A stretch of DNA of 64,000 nucleotides from assembly GCF_037042905.1 (NCBI RefSeq), contig NW_026974140.1:4216001-4280000 (forward strand), written 5' to 3'. Each line of letters starts with the position of its first letter. The first letter of the stretch is position 1. The notes below the pieces were generated by a model, which worked only from the letters and a program-made list of their open reading frames with translations, made no database searches and was not told where the DNA came from. The translations under genes were made by a program, and so were the position numbers. This DNA is from Lytechinus pictus (lineage: Eukaryota). Below, one piece after another: positions 61,496 through 64,000 of this stretch.

Positions 61496-62026
61496 CTGTC
61501 ATAAGAACAACAAAATTTTAATAACAAAATGATGGCTTATGTAGATGACTGATTAATTGCTGAAACTTTTAAGCATTTTAAGTTTTCAGCATAAACAAAA
61601 ACTATGACTGTTTACTTTTTTTTACTAGGTATGTAGATCTTAAAACCTACAAGTAATACACATAGTATATAATAAATAAGTTGTAGTGTGGCAAAATCAT
61701 GTAATAAGTTTCTCCAAAGGCTTGACAGTGCAAAGCAATAATGCAAAGGGATTGCTGTCTCTCTTGTTTAACTGACTTAGTCTACCCCATGTCTATAACT
61801 TTGAAGAAAATATATACCCCCATAGAAATATACAGTAAAACCAAGCGCAGCAATCGATTTCTCTTTTCTTCAGATATTAGTCTCATGGATAAATATTCAG
61901 GGAGGCAATGTTCCATAAAGTCCATTAGCCTGTAATGAAGACCATCTTCTTTGTCTTATTATGTGAGTGGTCTTTACACACTAGTTTGAACAAAAGTCAC
62001 ATAACCATAAAACAATCTCAGCTTAC

Positions 62027-62252
62027 CTGTGGACTCTGAAGAAATGACAGCTGAACCTCCATTGCTCCTGCTTGGAGATACCACATCCACAGTGTTGTTA
62101 TCAATCTCAACCCTGACTGTATCCTGGCTACTGTCCCGAAGCTGACGACTTAGGAGGAGTTCTAGGGAGAGGGCATCGACGGAGCACTTGATACCACATC
62201 CAGGCACAACCTGAAACTCACTGCACTTTGCAAGGACACTGGTTCCAAACAC
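62027..62252 (-). CDS. ATP7: ATP7 N-domain exon (VFGTSVLAKCSEFQVVPGCGIKCSV...SEST)
   Basis: CAG/GTAAG boundaries, FQVVPGCGI motif. Confidence 0.93.
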
Positions 62253-63001
62253 CTGTAAGGGATGCAGTCATGTTGTAGAGTACAACATTGAATTTAATGG
62301 ACATATAAAAAAAAAAGTGTACTGAAGTACACCATAGTCCAATCAGTGGTAGAACTTAAGCAAGTTTAATGTGTTGGATGCATGATTTTTGGTACTGATC
62401 ATCATCAAAACTGTCTGGAATAATACCATTGTTTTTTTAGGGAAGGTTGCAATGAATATGAAATCAAAAATTCAGAGTAAAGGAACTTGAACAGAAATTA
62501 TCATAAATGGTAATTAACCAAAGCTACGCTTTAGATTTAAACCATGGTTTAACTCGAGACACCTTTGATTATGATCATAGGTCATGGAAAGTGGTTTGCC
62601 ATATTCATTTCATAAACAAGCTTCCAACAAGTGCTCTTTAACTGCCATTAGCATTGTATAGCCAATTATTAGCTTTTAATGATATTCTACCCATCGCAGC
62701 TACCTATGATTAGTATTTGCATAATAAAATCTATAACTTGCACACAAGCAAAAAAGCAAATAATTGCAACTGGACAGCTGAAATGACAAACTGTTCACGT
62801 AAAACAGACTGTATTATAATACAATTAATAAAAGTAAATAGTGCTTGTGACAGGTTAGGCACTCATGAAACGATTGTGACAGGCATCTATAATTTATGAA
62901 CATTTATCTCAACTATCTTGTGTAACTCAAATTGAAGAAAGGAATTACTGCATAGTGGTCCATTATTCTACAAGATAATTAATCATGAATCTGTTATGAA
63001 C

Positions 63002-63181
63002 CTCTTTAGCTCTTGATGCTATTGCTACTCCTACTGGATGTTCACTACCCATCTCTGCTGAACCAGCTACAGCCAGGAGTCTCTCTGTAGTGTAGGTCTC
63101 TCCCTTGAATGCTGTCACATCAGTCACAGTAGGTTTACCTTGGGTGATCGTTCCTGTCTTGTCAAAGACCACAGTCTTTAC
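63002..63181 (-). CDS. ATP7: ATP7 phosphorylation-site exon (VKTVVFDKTGTITQG...SEHPVGVAIASRAKE)
   Basis: CAG acceptor, weak GTTCAT donor, DKTGT and SEHP motifs. Confidence 0.95.
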
Positions 63182-63936
63182 CTGGATAAAGATACAAGGA
63201 AAGACAAGATATGGTAAAATGTTTCTGGACATCTAGGATGGGATCATCTTTCCAGGACCCCATTACATTAAAGTCAAATTTGTGGTAACTTTGCTATCCA
63301 TTGGTAACTACCATGGTAGCAATACTCAACAGCAAATCAAATAAAGGATTCCATGGAAGACACCATTAGGTGGCAAAGGTTCCACGATAATAGTAACTTT
63401 TATGCAACAGGCCCAAGACCTTTGCCTCTGGATTTATTTTTTTCTCTTCTGGTTTTATTTCAACAGGGTAGCCTCTTCAGATGACAGATTGCTCTCACTG
63501 ATTCAATGAAATAATCTCTATTAGCACCAGGAGAGCATTTCATGAAGAGATTTCACAGTGATTTTTACCGACTTTTGTTTTACGCTACGTTAATCCGAGC
63601 ATCTGATTGGCTAATAAGAAAATTAGTCAGTTAAAAATTACCAACAAGACTCGTTATGAAATACTTGCAGTTAAATATGTCCAAACAGTACAACAAGCAG
63701 ACTTGAATTGTTTTTAGAAGGAAACCTTAGTTTTATACCAAATTCCTTTCTATCGTGTCAATAAAGCAACTACTCACCTCTCAATATCAAGTGACAAGGC
63801 AAACTATATGTATCACTACGGCAAGCAAAATGTACATGCTATCTTTGCTCAGCTTCTCTTCAAAAATTATATTTTGCCTATTACTGGTCACCAAAGGTGA
63901 TTATTTGCTTTCTACTTCACCCAAAGAATTCCTCAC

Positions 63937-64000
63937 CTTATGAGCTAACTCCAGAGGTTCCCCTCCTTTGATGAGTATGCCATTGGTTGCTCCTACCCCG
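63937..64000 (-). CDS. ATP7: ATP7 exon, partial ([21 protein letters not shown])
   Basis: GILIKGG motif, GTGAG donor; cut by the window edge. Confidence 0.93.

Larger units (their letters stand above)
52243..64000 (-). other. ATP7: Copper-transporting P1B-1 ATPase gene, 3' half (N-terminal part lies beyond the window)
   Basis: Nine phase-compatible exons with [30 protein letters not shown]7 YN and TM8 MAMSS; ATP7A versus ATP7B cannot be resolved in an invertebrate. Confidence 0.95.

Overview
AT-rich, repeat-dense animal genomic DNA; the repeat content suggests a marine invertebrate deuterostome such as a sea urchin (inference). Two spliced genes lie in tandem on the minus strand. (1) The 3' half of a P1B-1 Cu(I)-transporting ATPase (ATP7A/B orthologue): 9 exons, 64000->52243, with DKTGT, SEHP, TGDN, GDGVND, YN and MxxSS motifs. 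(2) An apparently complete OCA2 / P protein gene: 18 phase-compatible coding exons, 32657->267, 2307 nt, 768 aa if the ATG at 32657 is the start. Introns and the intergenic region hold L2/Crack-like and Tx1-like LINE remnants, tRNA-derived SINEs, and piggyBac-, Kolobok-, Harbinger-, hAT- and Helentron-type non-autonomous elements, often nested. There is one 132-N assembly gap. Main observations: a U12-type minor intron in OCA2; in-frame 114-bp tandem copies of the ATP7 TM8 exon acceptor; ATP7-OCA2 adjacency; an intronic array of M-box plus DR1 sites; a 1.5-kb foldback in an ATP7 intron; a decayed homeodomain + HMG-box gene; and about 15-fold enrichment of TACATGTA. All exon boundaries and counts were made by eye.
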